The notes beneath the pieces were generated by a model that saw only the letters and a program-made list of their open reading frames with translations, was not told the DNA's origin and made no database searches. Source: an uncultured Oscillospiraceae bacterium (GTDB lineage Bacteria > Bacillota > Clostridia > Oscillospirales > Ruminococcaceae). From it: DNA of 24,000 nucleotides. The stretch covers positions 9,741 to 33,740 of the forward strand of contig CAUDDP010000016.1 of the NCBI GenBank assembly GCA_958448395.1. The letters run 5' to 3'. Shown piece by piece: positions 22,845 to 24,000 of the stretch; the stretch's first letter is position 1, and each line of letters begins with the position of its first letter. Position numbers and translations under genes: made by a program.

Positions 22845-23447
22845 TTACCTTGGTGACAGATAATTCTCCATCTCATGATTTCCTCTAAAGTTTTTTTCTG
22901 ATAGAGAATGTTCTTTTATCCAGTTTTCTCTTGATAAGCAAGTAATGTGCTCTGTTCTAATATCTCCCATAAGTTTCCAAAATATATTCTGATTGGTGTG
23001 ATGATAAGTGAAGCCACACTTTTCCTGTACTCGCTTGGATTTGTTGTTTCCGTCAAAATAGACGCACCATAGTTTTTCCAGATGTAAGTCTTCAAAACCA
23101 TGTCGAATCAATTCCCGTACCGCTTCAGGGATGAGTCCTTTTCCCCAGAACGGCACGCCGATCCAGTATCCGATTTCTCCCTCTGTTTCCGGTAAATCAA
23201 GTGTACTTTTTGCTCCGATTGTAATGGCTACGCATCCGACTGCACGATTGTCCGCTTTTAAGCAAACGGCATATACTTCTTTTTCTGCAAAAACCGTCCT
23301 GATGATCTCAAGGCTGTTTTCTACACTCGTGTGTACAGGCCAGCCAGCACTTGGGCCAACATCAGGGTGACTGGCACACAGATATAAATCTTCTGCATCG
23401 CTATCCTGCCAAGAACGCAGGAATAGGCGTTCTGTTTCTAACTGCAT
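22845..23447 (-). CDS. GNAT family N-acetyltransferase (RimJ/RimL-like, Acetyltransf_3 type)
   Basis: Starts with the typical ...ETERLFLRSWQDSDAEDLY..., then IGYWIGVPFWGKGLIPEAVRELIRHGFEDLHLEKLW and EKCGF. The ATG at 23447 has a perfect AAGGAGG 5 nt upstream. The track start at 23471 would overlap the upstream gene. Confidence 0.85.
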   Translation of the reverse strand: MQLETERLFLRSWQDSDAEDLYLCASHPDVGPSAGWPVHTSVENSLEIIRTVFAEKEVYAVCLKADNRAVGCVAITIGAKSTLDLPETEGEIGYWIGVPFWGKGLIPEAVRELIRHGFEDLHLEKLWCVYFDGNNKSKRVQEKCGFTYHHTNQNIFWKLMGDIRTEHITCLSRENWIKEHSLSEKNFRGNHEMENYLSPR

Positions 23448-23457
23448 TTGTTCCTCC

Positions 23458-24000
23458 TTATTCCACATCAAAAAATGTCAATTCCCGGTAAGGATTTTGT
23501 TGTATGTTACAGGCGATTTTTTCAGGAATAGAGTATTTTCCGCTTTGATAATCAATGTTTGCTTTTCTTGCCTGAGAAAGCTGATCTTTTCGTTTGATTT
23601 GATATAATTTTTTATCTTTGATAAAATGAGCTCCCGTCTGGTGAAACCGGAACGGGATATTTTTTTCGATACACTGCCGTCTTAAATCTAAAATCCAATC
23701 GTAGTTGCATGGTCTTGCAGAAGTACCGGATTCTCCGCCGACAGAAACTTCTTCAATGCTATCATATAGATAGGCAGAAATATCAATCTTTTCCAATATG
23801 GGTGCTACGATAATGGATTTATGCTTGATGGGGAGGGAGAGAAAGATTGGCAGTCTGTAATTGGCTCTGTCCTGATTTTCCACAGTGCATCCTATCAGGA
23901 CGTTGTCATATCCAGTTCCCCAGTCATCCGGCAGACAGTCTGCCAGTCTATCAATTCGTTTGGTGAAAAAATAGAACCAGCAGTCGCTGCGAAGTTTCAT
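23458..24000 (-). CDS. DUF5131 (phage Gp37/Gp68 family) protein, N-terminus outside window
   Basis: Family-like motifs FFTKRIDRL, GCTVENQDRANYRL and VSVGGESGTSARPCNYDWILDLRRQCIEKNIPFRFHQTG. The ORF reaches the window edge. The N-terminal Cys-rich region expected for this family is absent, so the gene is truncated by the window. Confidence 0.75.
   Translation of the reverse strand: MKLRSDCWFYFFTKRIDRLADCLPDDWGTGYDNVLIGCTVENQDRANYRLPIFLSLPIKHKSIIVAPILEKIDISAYLYDSIEEVSVGGESGTSARPCNYDWILDLRRQCIEKNIPFRFHQTGAHFIKDKKLYQIKRKDQLSQARKANIDYQSGKYSIPEKIACNIQQNPYRELTFFDVE

Noticed and set aside
22662-22856. 64-aa plus-strand ORF in the 313-bp convergent intergenic region (GTG start, hydrophobic C-terminus).
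   Set aside because: The RBS is weak. The ORF runs straight through the candidate terminator hairpin (22710-22745) and overlaps the 3' end of the minus-strand GNAT. It is most likely non-coding.

Overview
This window reads as a mostly housekeeping chromosomal segment from a Firmicutes/Clostridia genome. It is probably a Ruminococcus-like Oscillospiraceae, judging from gene order, AGGAGG-type ribosome-binding sites and a type I dockerin protein. Hand-sampled GC is in the high 40s % for core genes.

Gene order, + strand unless marked:
- relA/spoT (5' truncated by the window edge)
- MBL-fold hydrolase
- hemZ-like radical SAM
- GNAT acetyltransferase
- DagK-family lipid kinase
- DUF4190 small membrane protein
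- DUF2752 membrane protein
- glgA (- strand)
- phoH, ybeY, era, yqzL, recO
- mutS2
- Maa/LacA-type sugar O-acetyltransferase
- acidic hypothetical protein
- ParE/GyrB-family type IIA topoisomerase B subunit
- low-GC polytopic membrane protein, GT-C-like
- medium-chain acyl-CoA synthetase
- secreted CAP/SCP-Thr-linker-dockerin protein
- GNAT acetyltransferase (- strand)
- DUF5131 (phage Gp37/Gp68 family) protein (- strand, truncated at the window edge)

Several sigma-A-type promoters and rho-independent terminators can be read directly from the sequence. I found no rRNA, tRNA, CRISPR array, transposase, integrase or recognisable defence-system genes.

I do not see a convincing novel multi-gene system. 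The best leads are:
1. A compositionally deviant segment (about 17565-19480) carrying an orphan GT-C-like membrane protein behind an AT-rich, palindrome-rich spacer.
2. A divergent topoisomerase B subunit with no A subunit in the window, preceded by a structured leader.
3. A glgA leader in which a hairpin separates the Shine-Dalgarno from the start codon.
4. A non-enzymatic CAP-domain dockerin protein.
5. A DUF5131-GNAT pair at the right edge.

All functional calls rest on motif recognition by eye. No database search was run.
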